Positions 13,201 through 25,821 of a stretch of 64,000 nt of DNA are shown piece after piece (within the stretch, counting starts at the first letter, position 1; each line of letters opens with the position of its first letter). Source of the stretch: Lama guanicoe (lineage: Eukaryota); assembly GCA_013239625.1 (NCBI GenBank), contig MU054936.1, positions 1,419,829 to 1,483,828 on the forward strand. The letters run 5' to 3'. Under the pieces are notes generated by a model that was given only the letters and a program-made list of their open reading frames with translations, did not search any database and was not told where the DNA came from. Position numbers and translations under genes: made by a program.

Positions 13201-15981
13201 TATTATTTTAGAAAACTAGGCAATTACCTCGCTAATGTCAATGGAGACAAACAGAAAGTAAGTCAATAAAAGATAAATGGATTTTATAATGATTTAAAGT
13301 AAATGTGGCCATGGCACTTAAGAATAGTAATTAGAATGCAGGCTGGCAAGGTGTTTGATAATAGAGTATCTTAGGACTTTGGGATTAAAAGCATTCATTT
13401 GTCTCTCACATTTCTGAAAACTTTCTAATGATTATAAGCTAAAACCACAGAGACACAGAAATCATAAAAGGAGATGACAGCAACAAAGTTTTGGAAGATT
13501 GAAAGCCAAATGATAAGCAATAATATACTTAGCAGAATGAAGAAAGGTGAAATAAGGCCTAGGTGTAAACTGGAGGGGAACTTATTTGAAAAAAAAAAGC
13601 TAATATGTGCATCAGATCCCCCAAAAGGTACAGTCGTCAGAGATTCCAGGTAGTTCTGAAAGTTAGGGTGCAGGAGGGTCAAATTCAATATAAGCTGTAT
13701 GGCCCTTAAATCCTCTCCCCACCCCCCACAACCATGTAACAAGCCCCTTCCCAACCCACAGGAAGTGTAGGTTTTCTTTGTAGAGATAGTGAACCACAGA
13801 GACACTACACTCAGGGAAACAGCACACAGTGGAGGAGGAGCTTGAATTAAAAATGAGAAGCAAAAGTCTACATGTCAAAATATTAAGATCTACCTCCTAC
13901 CACCTATCACAGCAGAACACCTATTTGCAGGTGACTGGAGGATTCTAGCCCAAAAGAAAAGACTAACATTAGTAGGTTAGGGTGCCCTGGCACTGCCCCC
14001 AGTCAGTTCATTAAAAAAAGTTCTGCCTCTACACATGAAACTTCCATTTAGCTTTCTGGTCCATCACTCTCACCATGAAGGGACAGAACATTTGGAGAAA
14101 GCCACTAAAAATTAAATTAATGTCTTAAGCATTTATTACATTGTCAAGGTCTGATGCACAGTTTTTAAGAGCTTAAAAAAAAAGAGAGTAGAAATGAGAC
14201 CAACACTACTTCAGTGAAATTAGAACCAGGAAAAAAAACTGTTCTGAAGACAACTCAGAGCTTCAGATTGCTCCAAACAACTTCAATAATGGTCGCTACA
14301 ATTTACAAAAGAACTAAAAGCATCTGGTCTGAATGCCTCAGTTTGCCCAGGAAAATTTAAACGGAATGTGATAAAGGGCTTCTAAGCATTTCAGAAGGTC
14401 AACTGGCCATAATTATCAAGGTCATCTTATGTGACATTATTAGTATCAGGAAAAACAGCAGTAACATTTACCTAAAAGGAAACTGACCGGTAAAAGCATT
14501 AAAAATTAACCGACAGTCTGAGTAGTCAGTTATACTCTGAATATTTTGAAAAAAAAACCTACAAACTTCCCCTGGAAAGAATAATGATCAAACATCATTA
14601 GCAACAGCCACATTTACTATTCTTAAACTAGATTTACAACTTATATCAATATTAAACAAGGCATTCTATCTCTAAAAGATCAGTCTTCCTACCTTTCCCC
14701 ACCTCTTTCTTATTCTATGGGATCATTTCCCTCCGTCCGCCTGTGCCTTAGGTCTACCAATGACAGCTACCAGCACTCACTGCCTTGCAATTAGTAACCT
14801 GAGGGTAGGGGAGGGAGGCTAAACATGTCCTTACGCTTTGGGTTATTTCCTATTTTCCAAAACTTTCCAAGCCAGCTGCAAAGATCGATTAAGGTGTAAT
14901 GATGAACTTAAAAAGTAGAACCCATTGCAAGATTTATAGCATATGGAGAAAGACAGAAATATAAAAAGTATCTCCAAAATGTTATAGATGGTCTAACATC
15001 AAATGCTAAGGAAGAAAGCCCAGGGGAAGAAGCAAAGTCCAAGAGGTCAGGATAAATGAAGAGAGTGAAAGGAAGAAACTGTTGGAAGAAAGGAAGGAAA
15101 GAACTGAGGATGTTAAGCAATGTAAGATAAGCGACTACCCGAGATCACAGAGGCGGCTAGGGAGGATTGATAAGAGCACACGAAGGGTCAAGTCTTAGAA
15201 AAAAGTGTGTCTTACAAAGAATGATGCCTATGAAAGGACTATGCCTTTCCAATATAAGAGAGAGAGAAGAAGGTATACAGATATCACTAACTTTAAGTTC
15301 CTTATATTCACAGTGAACACATACGTATGTGCACTTGGTCTGTCTCTCTCTCATAAAATCACCACATCCAGCCTCCACACATGCTTTTTCCAGAACCTGT
15401 AAAACTGTTCCCCTTCCTCTGTGCCTGGTTAAGGGCCATTTAAGATTCCATCTCTGCTCAATCTTCTGGAATCTTCACTCAGCACAGCAGACCTCTCCTT
15501 CACAATGCTTGTCGGACTTGATTAACACTTTGTGTTCCCCACCAGATTGTAAATTCCATAAGAGCAGGGGCCAGCTCTGTTTTAAACTTCCATATTACTC
15601 TCCAGAACCTGGTACAGTGAATGACACATAGTAGACTCCGAGAAATATTGATTACATGAGTGAAGCAATACAGAGAAAAAGAAAAAACATAGAGTCTCTG
15701 TTTTCTATGAATGACAATTACAACAAAGTCACAAAAAAAGCAAAAGCTATGTCTCATTAAGTTACTAAAAATAAAAACTGTCTCAGAAGGATATCCTATA
15801 TGATTGTTAATTAGCCATGTTAATTATCACAAGAGAAGAGCTACAAGTAACAGGCACTTCATCGTAATTTCTTAATGAAGTTGCATATGGTACTCAAAGT
15901 GAGTTACACACAAATGCTAAGCCAGGAGTTGTATATGGTAAAACAGGAGGCATTATAGTGTAGTTTAAGCATAACAGCTTA

Positions 15982-16556
15982 CCCTAGATCAGGTATCCAG
16001 AGATTTTTACTCCCTGACAGGCAGGGTCAATACCCCTACTCAGCCCTGAAGCAGCTGCAGAAGATGGACTGTTGAACTTCTGTCTCCCATAAGATTGTGG
16101 GAATAAAATCTCTGAAGGGAATGAGACAGGAGGGAAGGGGGCAGGGTACAAGCATTACAAGAATGCCACAGCTCTTGAGGATATGATATAAACTGGTTAG
16201 AACCAACTTGGCCCAAGATGGCTAAAGATTTGACTTCCAGTAGACCTTGAGCCTCATTATACACTCACTGGAATACATCAGCTTGCTAAATGACACACCC
16301 ACAGGTGCCATGACAGTTCCCAGGCTGACCATAAAAGGCAAAAAAGTAAGCTGGGCCAAATTCCTGGAAATCCCCACTCCTTCCCCAAATAGCTGGAATA
16401 AGCCTCCCTCTTGTTAGCATATGCAGTTACCCAGCCGATAAAAACTAACCCCCCCACACACATCAGGGCCACCCCCTTGCCTCCTGAGACAGCAGCACTC
16501 TGTCTATGGAGTATGTATTTCCCTGAATAAATCTACTTTCACTTAAAAAAAACCCC
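15982..16556 (+). mobile_element. Retroposed (processed) MER41-like ERV 3' transcript: internal 3' end, U3-R and poly(A), inserted in a MIR
   Basis: LTR starts TGAGACAGG at 16122; AATAAA 16526-16531; A8 at 16545-16552; no U5; 14-bp TSD at 15968-15981 and 16557-16570. Confidence 0.8.
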
Positions 16557-17619
16557 AGCATATTAGCTTAGAATCAAGTTGCCTAGGTTAGAACAGTGGC
16601 TCCATTCTCATCAGCTATGGCTTTAGCAAGTTGGTCTCCTCTCTGCAGTAGGCATTTTCCCTACCCAGGATCCACTCCTCTTCCAGCAACAGCATCACTT
16701 TTTCATCAAGGAGGCACATCTTTCCCGATTTTTCAGTCTGGTCCCTCTCTAGGCTACGGGATGAAACTGTGGCATAGGTTTAATTGATTAAGTATACATT
16801 TTCCCCTAAATAGAACTACTGTTCCAGTAATGAGAATATGATTAAAACTGTGCCAATCAGAGCCAATTCCAAGACTTTTATTTTAGCAACCAAGTAAAAG
16901 GAATAGAACTTGAAAATAACTGGGGTTAGAGCTGACAAGGTCATCTTGCTGCTATGAAGAGTGAGTCCTACAATGCAGCAATCCCAGAAGGGAAACTAAA
17001 AGACAGTGTGAAGGCAGATCCTGGGGACACTAGCTGAGCCCCTGTACCACTCCTCACCTCAAGTCAGCTCTATCTGTTACTTTTTAGTTGATCTTTGCTT
17101 TCTGCTTAAATCAGGCTAGGCTGAAATTTCTGTCACTTACATCCATGAGTCCCTAGTAATTATACTTCCTCAGTTTCAGTGTCCTAATTTGGAAAGTGAG
17201 GATTCTCTAAGCTTCAGTGCCCTCATTCATGAAGCAGAATACTGACCTCAGGTTTGTTGTGAAAATTAAACACTTAGCACATAGCACAGATCTGACAGAT
17301 CACCAACCTGCTAAGAGATTTAAAAATAGAAAACACTTCTTATAAAGAATATTGAGCTATACACATGATTTTAATTAAAAAACTGAGACTTATGTGACTG
17401 GATTATAAGTTCAAGTGAGCAAAAACCTCTGGCAAAAAGAAAATGGCAATAGCTAAAACATAAGTTGGGATAAAAATCCCAACACTGAGTTTGCTGTCAC
17501 TGGGTAATCCAGACATTAACTAAGCCTACAATGAGAGTTATTGCAAATCATGTCCATAAAGATACTGATGCCAATGCGAAAGGAAAGAAATTCAAACAGT
17601 CAACCCCCCACCAGTAACA

Positions 17620-18050
17620 AGAGTAGAAATCAATGAAATAGAAAAGAGACAAGCAAACGGGGAAAATCAAAACCAAAAGTTAATAAAACTGATAAACCTC
17701 TAGTAAGATTGATCAAGCAAAAAAAAGAAACCATAAATTATCAATAAAGAATAAAAGAAGGTATATCACTTTATGAAGTATATCACTTTAATGAAGACAT
17801 TAAAGAGACAATAAGGGAATATGGTGAACAACTTTATGGTCAATAACAGAGATGAAATTAACTTAGGTTATGTTTTGTTTTTCAGTGAATGTGTCATTTC
17901 TGACACAAGAAAGAGAGAAAACATGAATAGCCCTATAAATTTTTTTAAAACTGAATTTGTAATCAAAAACTTCCTTACAAAGAAATTTTCTAAATGTTGG
18001 TTGAAGTCTGTAAACCACTGTGTCAATCAAACAAAACACTTGAGGGTTAG
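17620..18050 (+). mobile_element. Degenerate L1 ORF2 fragment
   Basis: agtagaaatcaatgaaatagaa...gataaacctctagtaagattgatcaag; translation ENMNSPI...VIKNFLTKK resembles ORF2. Confidence 0.75.
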
Positions 18051-18762
18051 ATGAGGTCCCAGGAACACCAGTGTTTTTCCCCTCTATTGGATTTTTAGTG
18101 AATGGAAGGGAGGTACACAGAGAGGAAGAGTCAAAGAAAAGAAAGAGACTGAATGACAATTAAGGAGATAATGACAGATAAAAGTAAAAGAAAGCAAAAC
18201 GTCTGGGATGTCAGTAGGACAGAACTAATAAAATCAACAAAGACTAGATTACATGCATTAATGATGTACACTGGGCAACCTGAGAACCTATGGGGTGGAT
18301 CAAAAATGGATGAACTAAGGGGAAAAGATCTGTAAAAAAATGTTGGTTTGTATTTTCTAAACAAGCAAGAGATAGCAGAAAAGAGTTGTTCATAAATCTG
18401 CAAACTGTCAAGACGGAGAACAGTCTACAAAGCACGACAATCCACAGAACAGCTGAGCTAACTGTAATGACACAATATTGTTTAGAGGCACTTTATATTA
18501 CTGGATGACATCTTGTATTACATATTAAAACATTAGTTCCAAACCTGAAAACCTGCTCCTAGAAGAAAATTTTCAGATAGAAAGTTTCTCAGTTGCGGTT
18601 TCTCAAAACACAATTGAAGCAGGGAGCTAAGGAAGCCTGGAGAAAAGAACTTACTGTTGGAAAAGTCAGCTCTATTCTTAGTGGGTCTGACTCTAACCTA
18701 AAAAGCATAAAACTTACTTTACTTTATTATTACTGCAGTATAAATAAAAGCCTGGAGAAGTA

Positions 18763-19102
18763 CAGTCAATTCTCATTACTCTGGGCAGTTGAGTTCCATA
18801 AATTGACTTCGAACACTGAATTAGCCAACACTGATCCACTGCTTCTAAGGAGAAACACAAGGCGAGGTTCCGGCCAGCCTCTGGTGGCATTTCTGTCAAC
18901 CAACCAAAACATGACCTGTTTAATGTGTGTTTCTGTTTAAAGACGTCTTATTCAATACACACTGCAGACTCATGAACACTGAATTCACAGCGAACAGCAC
19001 TAATAACAGTGAAAGTACTATGAGCACTGACTCAGGGGTTACAAGTTAATTTTAGTGAGTAGGCAAATTTGCAGATTTAGAACAGAATAATGAGGATCGG
19101 TA
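18763..19102 (-). mobile_element. MER82-like TcMar-Tigger element
   Basis: TA|CAGTCAATTCTCATTA left TIR and GAATAATGAGGATCG right TIR. Confidence 0.7.
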
Positions 19103-20049
19103 TACGTACAAAAATCACACTATGAATAATTTTTTTAAAGGTGTACTGTAAATGAACCTAGGAATCTAGAAAACTGTAATGGGAAAAATATCGTTTCTTG
19201 GAATCAATTTGCCAAGATTTTTTAGTTATGAAACATTAAAAATACAAACCCATGAAAAGTCACTTTTACAATGGTCTTAAGCAGGCGTCTTCAATTTACT
19301 AGCATATGACAATCAGCTTTAGGAGAAATCAAAGTATGCTCATTTCTAAGTTATAAATGAAATCCGTTAAATCCCATTTGGGGAACTTAATTCACTAAAT
19401 TTTTAACAGCAGACGGCCAGTATATTGACTGTAATCAACTTTTTAGAAATACCATTTACTCAAATGGACTGTTATTGAGTATCAGGCCACACTTCCCGCA
19501 CCCTAAGATTAAAATGCTGCCAAAAGATGATTTCATGACTTAATACATCACTACCCACATTGATTATACACTACTGTAAAACAAAGTCTGATCTAGGCTC
19601 AACAGAGCTCTCACAGGTGAGTGATTTAGATGTTTACTCAAACACCTAAATGTCATGTTCAAAGCTTCACATATTTGTAAATCACCTTTCATTATTGCAG
19701 GGGGTGAGGGTAGAGAAATAGCAATAAAGGAGAAGACTACAACTGCATGAATTAACGATACATTCAACTAAATTTTTGAAAAAGCAATCTCTCTCCCATC
19801 AATTCCCTTAACGTTCCAACCAACTCCTATTGCATTACAGTAATTACATGCTTTACGGAGAAAGGTGAGAATTAAGTGCACAAATTAGAAACTCTATATA
19901 CCTGCCTTAGAGATCATTCTAGGCCAGTGCCCATGTTTTACAGGCAGCTGCCAGCCGGTAGTGCTCCTTCTACACCACCATTTTTAGGAACGTGACCAGA
20001 CTCAGCATAGCTTAACATGAGACAGACAGAACTGCTGCTATGTACTCAA

Positions 20050-20084
20050 AAAAAACAAAAACAAAAACAAAAACAAAAACAAAC
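20050..20084. repeat. (AAAAAC)n simple repeat
   Basis: About 5 units visible. Confidence 0.9.
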
Positions 20085-21781
20085 TCAAAATATTAGCTAT
20101 AAAAACCCATACCAAAATGAATATTTTATAAAGAGACTGTCACTCTTGGCTCAATCAAGCCAAAATCTGAACTAATTTAAAAACAGGGCAATTGTTAGAA
20201 AGTGAAGAATTCAATATTTTAAAGAAAGAGAAAAAAATTACACCGTGATACCATACTTCCTTGTGGTACAGCTTTGATTAAAACTTGGGTCCAAACATTA
20301 ATTAGCGCTGACCTTTGAAGCTAATTTGGCGTACATTCCCTTTAAGAAGATATCATTAGTATTTTAAGCTAGAACAGCTAAGAAAAAGACAATTACATGT
20401 AGCCTGTGCTTTCTTCTACTTTTATATAGGATTGTGTTAGAAATTACCAGTAATCTGTCTCACGTTCATCCTACTTTGTTGCCTTTGTCAACATCCTGGT
20501 TCACCTATTGCTCCTGCACTTCCGTAAGAGCTAAAAGCTTTTCTAGACCCATCTCGATCCAGTACACCCACCACAGACTGATCTTTCCACAGCCTTCTCT
20601 GACCACCTGTCCCCACATTCGAACACCTCCAATTGTTCACACTGCCATCAAAACTAAGAACACATTTCTTGGCTTGGCTTTCAAAGTCCTCTGCCATCTG
20701 CCCGAACATGCCTTCTTTCTTATAATTCTCCAGCAAGTAACCTAAACTCCAGAACATCTCCAGCTTTTCTGTCTCGACCCTTGTTGAGGAATGTCCCTTC
20801 CCTTGCATGCACTTCCTCCTCACTTCCTGTTGAAGTCCTATCCACCACTTCAAAGCTTATCTCTATCACAGAAGTGTCTCTGATTTTCCCAACCCACGTC
20901 TCCCACCCTGAAATACGACATCACTTTCTTTACAGCCCCTATAGACAGCCAGGCTTGTCTAAGAGTCATTCACCCTCTCTTGCCAGAGTGGAGGGTCTAA
21001 GGGCAGAACCTAAATCAAGTGTTTCTTTATTAAAATTTAAAACCAAACTCTTTCAAAAGGAGGAAAAAGGACACATCTTACTTTGCAATCAGGGGAAAAG
21101 CCTTGTTATTAATAGGGTAGAACATATTCTCCAACAGAAACTTTAAAACAATTTATCCTTGAATCAGCAATCTTACCGGAAGAGTGCCATCGATACAAAT
21201 CTTTATGGGAGGTATGGAACTGGGAACAATGTGTATTACTTTTCAAACAGAGCAAATCAGCCCCTTATCTCCATCAATACATCAAATGAGTAATAAAGTA
21301 TGACTGTATTACAGCAATGCCTCATTTATCTAATAGCACTAGGATGTGAAGGGTTCACATGAAAGAGTTTTCTGGAAAAGTGGCTTCCTACTGCAGAAAC
21401 AGCGCAGACACGCCTGTCACATGGACCAGCTGAGAGACATCCCAGGGAAACTGTCCTCCAATTCACCCAGGCCAGCAGGAAACCCCTGGGCAGAGTGGGA
21501 AGGTCATTTTGTACCAGTTACTTGCACCTGGTAGACAGGTATGCAGCATGGAGAGAAGGCAAGGGGGCTATTAAAAACCCTGCAAAATGGCAAAAGGAGC
21601 TTTTTGCACCTCGCAGAATCCTTATTCCAAGTTACTGATACTATCCACAGCTATATTTCCCTGAGAAATTTTGAAAAGTTGAACAGCTATTCTTCTGTCT
21701 CGGAACAAGCTATATCATCACCTGCTGGAAGATTCCATATCCTCTGCCACTGAAAAAAGAAATTCACACTCTGATTGTATC

Positions 21782-22222
21782 TGTTATAGATTGAATTGTG
21801 TCCCCCCAAACTTCATACGTTGAAGTTGTAACCACCAATACTTCAGAACGTGACCTTATGTGGATACAGGGTCAATGCGGATGTAATTAGATGAGGTCGT
21901 TCAAGTAGGGCAGGCCCTTAATCCAATATGAATGGTGTCCTTATAAAAACAGCCAATTTGGACACAGACAAGCATACAGGGAAAACGCCATATGAAGATG
22001 AAGTCAGAGATCAAGCTGATGCTTCTACAAGCCAAGCAACTTCAAAGGTTGCCAGCAAACCACCAGAAGAGAGGCGCGAGGCATGGAACAGATTCTTCTT
22101 CGAGTCCACAGAAGGCGCCCTAATCTCAAACTTTGGCCTCCAGAACTGTGAGAGAATAAATTTCAGCTGTGTAAGCCGCCCTGTTTGTGGTACTTTGTCT
22201 GGGCATCCCTGGCAAACTAACA
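21782..22222 (+). mobile_element. MLT1 (MaLR) solo LTR
   Basis: tgttatagattgaattgtgtcccccc start, cagaactgtgagagaataaatttc, ...gcaaactaaca end. Confidence 0.88.
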
Positions 22223-23198
22223 GCACTGCTGGTCTCTTTCATTCGCCATATCGCTGGGTCTGCTGTGACAACCACACACCTCCTCAAGGAACCAAGTTTC
22301 ATCAAAATGGTAGGTGCTGCATTCGTTCAACAAACACTTATCGATGACCTCTACGTGCCGGGCACTGAGGTGACTGACATGGTCCCTCCCTGCCCTCATA
22401 CAGGTGACAGTGTCATCAGGATATCTGACAACAAACGAAAATGATATAATAATAAAGTTACAATTGTGATAATAGCCATAGATGACACACTTCCTTTCTT
22501 TTTTAAGCAGAGGACAGTGGAGGTACTGAATCCTGTCTGGGTGACTCGAGGACATTGCTATGGAGGCCCAGCATACAGCTGCAAGTGCCTTATAGTTTTT
22601 GCTCCCCTCCCAGGTGCCAGGTTGTAGGACACCAGGAGATCTACTTTCCCCAACCACCATTCCATTTCTCCCTATTTCTCTGCTCACTCTTTCCAGTCTA
22701 TCCATTTCTAGTTTGGGGCTTCTAATTTGCTGTGGACTAGAAAAATCAGGTAACTAATATTGCTAAGAAACATGAGTTAAGAAATAAAAATTGCTGCAAG
22801 GGAGAACTAAAGATTTGGCTTTAATGTGGCCTTTCTGACTTTAGATTCTCAGAGATACTTTTCCCTACTGAATCCTGTTACACAGCACAAAGGTGGAACA
22901 TTATTCCATATAAACTATGTGTTATCGAATAATTTTATTACTTTGGTATTAATAAGCCTGGCAAACACTTGTTTTCTTTCAAAAGGGGAAACACTAGGGG
23001 GATACTATGTGAACAGTGACTTAGGGAAGAAATACTGTCCAAATTCAGAATTAAGAGAATTTATTACTCATTGGAAGGCATATTTTTGTTATCTAATTGC
23101 AAATCGTATCACCAAGTAACAGGGCCAAGGGGTTATACAGCATTACAGCTGGAAAGCCCAGCCAAAATGTCCTACAGTACATAACAAATGCCACCTAC

Positions 23199-23352
23199 CT
23201 CTTATGCATATCCAACAATCATCTTTTTTATTGTGTTTTTTAAGTTCTTCTTCAGTTACTTCAATTAATCTGCCTTTTAATCCCGTTAGGTCTTTTCCAC
23301 TTTTGGTCAGTCGAATCCAATCCATGAGACTTCTGCCCTGCTTCAGAGGGAC
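23199..23352 (-). CDS. CYB5R4: CYB5R4 coding exon 2, VPLKQGRSLMDWIRL...KKDDCWICIRG (154 nt)
   Basis: Matches the start of the CYB5R4 b5 domain; acceptor tttctGAG|GTC, donor G|GTAGGT; phase 0 start, phase 1 end, in frame with exons 1 and 3. Confidence 0.97.
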
Positions 23353-23625
23353 CTCAGAAAGGAAAAGGGAAGAACTCAATGTGGCTTCTTCAAACTAGCT
23401 GCTTTCCCTCCCCCTCCTGCTGTTGGTCTTCAGGCCACTTCATTACTCTGATTCCCACTCAAAAAGATAAGAAAACTCAAATTCCATAATTGTAAAATCT
23501 TCTTACAGCTTTAGGAGGTTGTATTAGAATTATAAATGGAACACTATATAAAATACCTGGGCTACGAGGCAGGGCTTAGAAATTCTGTCACACACAATGC
23601 TGTAAATCAACAATACCTCAATAAA

Positions 23626-23729
23626 ATAAGAGAGAGGGGAAAGAAAGAAAGGAAAGAAAGAAAGAAAGAAAGGAAAGAAAGACAGAGAGAGAGAGAAAGG
23701 GAGAGAGAGAGAAAGGAAGGAAGGAAGGA
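23626..23729. repeat. Compound polypurine microsatellite (GAAA/GA/GGAA)n grown from an L1 tail
   Basis: About 100 nt of almost pure purine directly after the L1 end gctgtaaatcaacaatacctcaataaaa. Confidence 0.92.
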
Positions 23730-24334
23730 CATTCAATTGCCTCCAAAATACCCAAGTTAACAGGTCCGAGTGCCCTTCCAATTTCACATTCCTTCTTATC
23801 AATCCACACATCCCATTCTTACCATCACTAAAAGTCTCTAGGTCTCTTGGTCTTCATAAATGAAATAAAGTGTGAGAACATACATGATCTCTCCCATCCC
23901 AAACCAAAATCACTTTACTTTCACCATTCCGTAACTGCAGCGTAGTTAAAAGTAATCTTTTGGAAATGCAAATCTAACCAAGGGTCTTCCCTCCTTCAGT
24001 GGTTCCCCATATTCCTTATAATAATGTCTCTAAATTCCCTAGAGTGGTTTACCAGGCCCTTCATAATCTGGTCAGAGTTTACTTCACTAGCTCCATGTTT
24101 TAACTTTTGCCCCTTCCCATCATATGCCTTAGGTAAATGGAAACGGATTCCTTGATTGCTATGAAAATTCTGTCCCTCTGTCTGCAAAGACTCCCCCGGC
24201 CCCCACCTCCACAGACATTACTTCCTCCAGAAGCTTCCTTGTGGTCTTAACAGGCTGTTACAGTACTCACAGCATTTACAACTGCCTCTTTACTAGTCTG
24301 TGAAGCCTACTGGACTAAACTCCTTGAAAACAGA

Positions 24335-24807
24335 TGTTGGGGTCCAGGGCAGGCCATGCAAGAGCAACACTCTGACCATCCTCTGTCTCCCTGAAAGCAG
24401 GAAATAATCTTCCATTGGACGGTCTCCTCCCTGTACTAGGAAGCAGAAAGACATCCTTTTCACCAGAGATAGGAAATTCAGGGCCAAGAAGCCTGTATAA
24501 ACAAACCTTGTTACTTCTTTCCTCATTTACTACCCAAACCCAAACTTTGCTTGATTTCCTTACTAATTAAAGACCCAAGCCTACATTTCTTTGTCCCATC
24601 AATTCCTCTAAAATTTATTGTTTGTCTAAAAAGTATAAAAGCTGCCTGCTTCGGCCACTTCTTAGGTCTCATTTCCATGAGACCTCTGTGTACGCAAATT
24701 AATTTTCTTTTTCTCCTGCTAATCAGTCTTGTGTCAATTTTATTATTATCCTAGCCACAAGAATTCAAGAGGGATGAATAAAAGTGGAAACTTCCCCCTC
24801 CCCAACA
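24335..24807 (+). mobile_element. ERV1 (MER34-like) solo LTR
   Basis: Perfect terminal inverted repeat TGTTGGGG...CCCCAACA; 4-bp flanks caga/gaga; TATAAAA near 24634. Confidence 0.8.
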
Positions 24808-25260
24808 GAGACCACATCTCTAGCATATGGTAGATTCTCAATAAGTATTTACTAGCATTCATAGAAATAATAATAGCTATGAAGTCTTGAATGCACACTC
24901 TGCACCAGGCACTGTGCTAAGGGCTCTTTTACACAACAATCCATGAGGTCTGAATAAAAGCGTAAGGGCTAACTAATAACACTGAGTAAGTGCTTACCAT
25001 ATGCCAAGACTGTGCTGAGAGAAATATCTCATTCAATCCTATAAAATGGGTACTATAATTCCCATTTACTCCCGAAGAAACAGAGACTCAAAGAGGTTAA
25101 ATGGTGGAGGTGGAAAAAGAATGGGTCTTTGCCAAATCAAAAGTCTACTCTTCCAACAATTATGATATACAACCTCCCCCAACTAAGTTCTATTTTCTCA
25201 CCCTCTACCATTTCATACAATCCTAAGACAAGTTCTAACACGTTTAAGATTAGCTTATTC

Positions 25261-25821
25261 TGCAATAAGCAGGACCCCACAGGACCCTCCCTGTTCCTTG
25301 TTTGTAGAAAAAGTTTTAGTCTCCTAGGTCTTCCCCAAGTTTCAAAGAGCAGATTCAAACAGTTAATGATTAAAGAAGTGGGAAAAGGCAGTGGGACTCC
25401 TAGTCCCTCCTGAAGGGATATAGATAACAACTTGATACATATCCTTGGGTTCTACAGAAATGAAGGCTCTCATGGGATAGAAACCGCTAAAACCACAAGC
25501 ATGTATAGACCCCAGACTGGTTGGAACCAGAAGGCTGATAATTGAGATTTCTAAAATATCCTCATGTTACCTCACCACCAATCAGAAGAATGTCCATAAG
25601 CTGATCACTCATCCTGTGACCCTCACCCCTAATGTTGCCTTTAAAAACATCAGGAGTTGCCTGAAAAACATCAGGAGTTCAGGTCTTTTGAGCATTAACT
25701 GCCTGTTCACCTTGCCTGGTGCCCAGTAATAAACACTGTACCTTCCTTCCCCACTACCCACTGTCAGTAGGTTGGCTTTACTGTGAGTCAGGCAAGTGAA
25801 TCTGAGTTTGGTTTGGAAACA
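25261..25821 (+). mobile_element. ERV1-type solo LTR
   Basis: CCAAT, ttaaaa TATA-like element, AATAAA near 25728, U5 ending ggtttggaaaca. Confidence 0.7.

Noticed and set aside
17761-17797. Short tandem duplications (also ~25643-25680, ~52020-52050, ~59255-59288)
   Set aside because: Ordinary two-copy slippage events; not an array or CRISPR-like structure
21928-22705. 139-aa and 162-aa ORFs in CYB5R4 intron 2
   Set aside because: Overlap MLT1/L2 relics; no recognisable protein similarity
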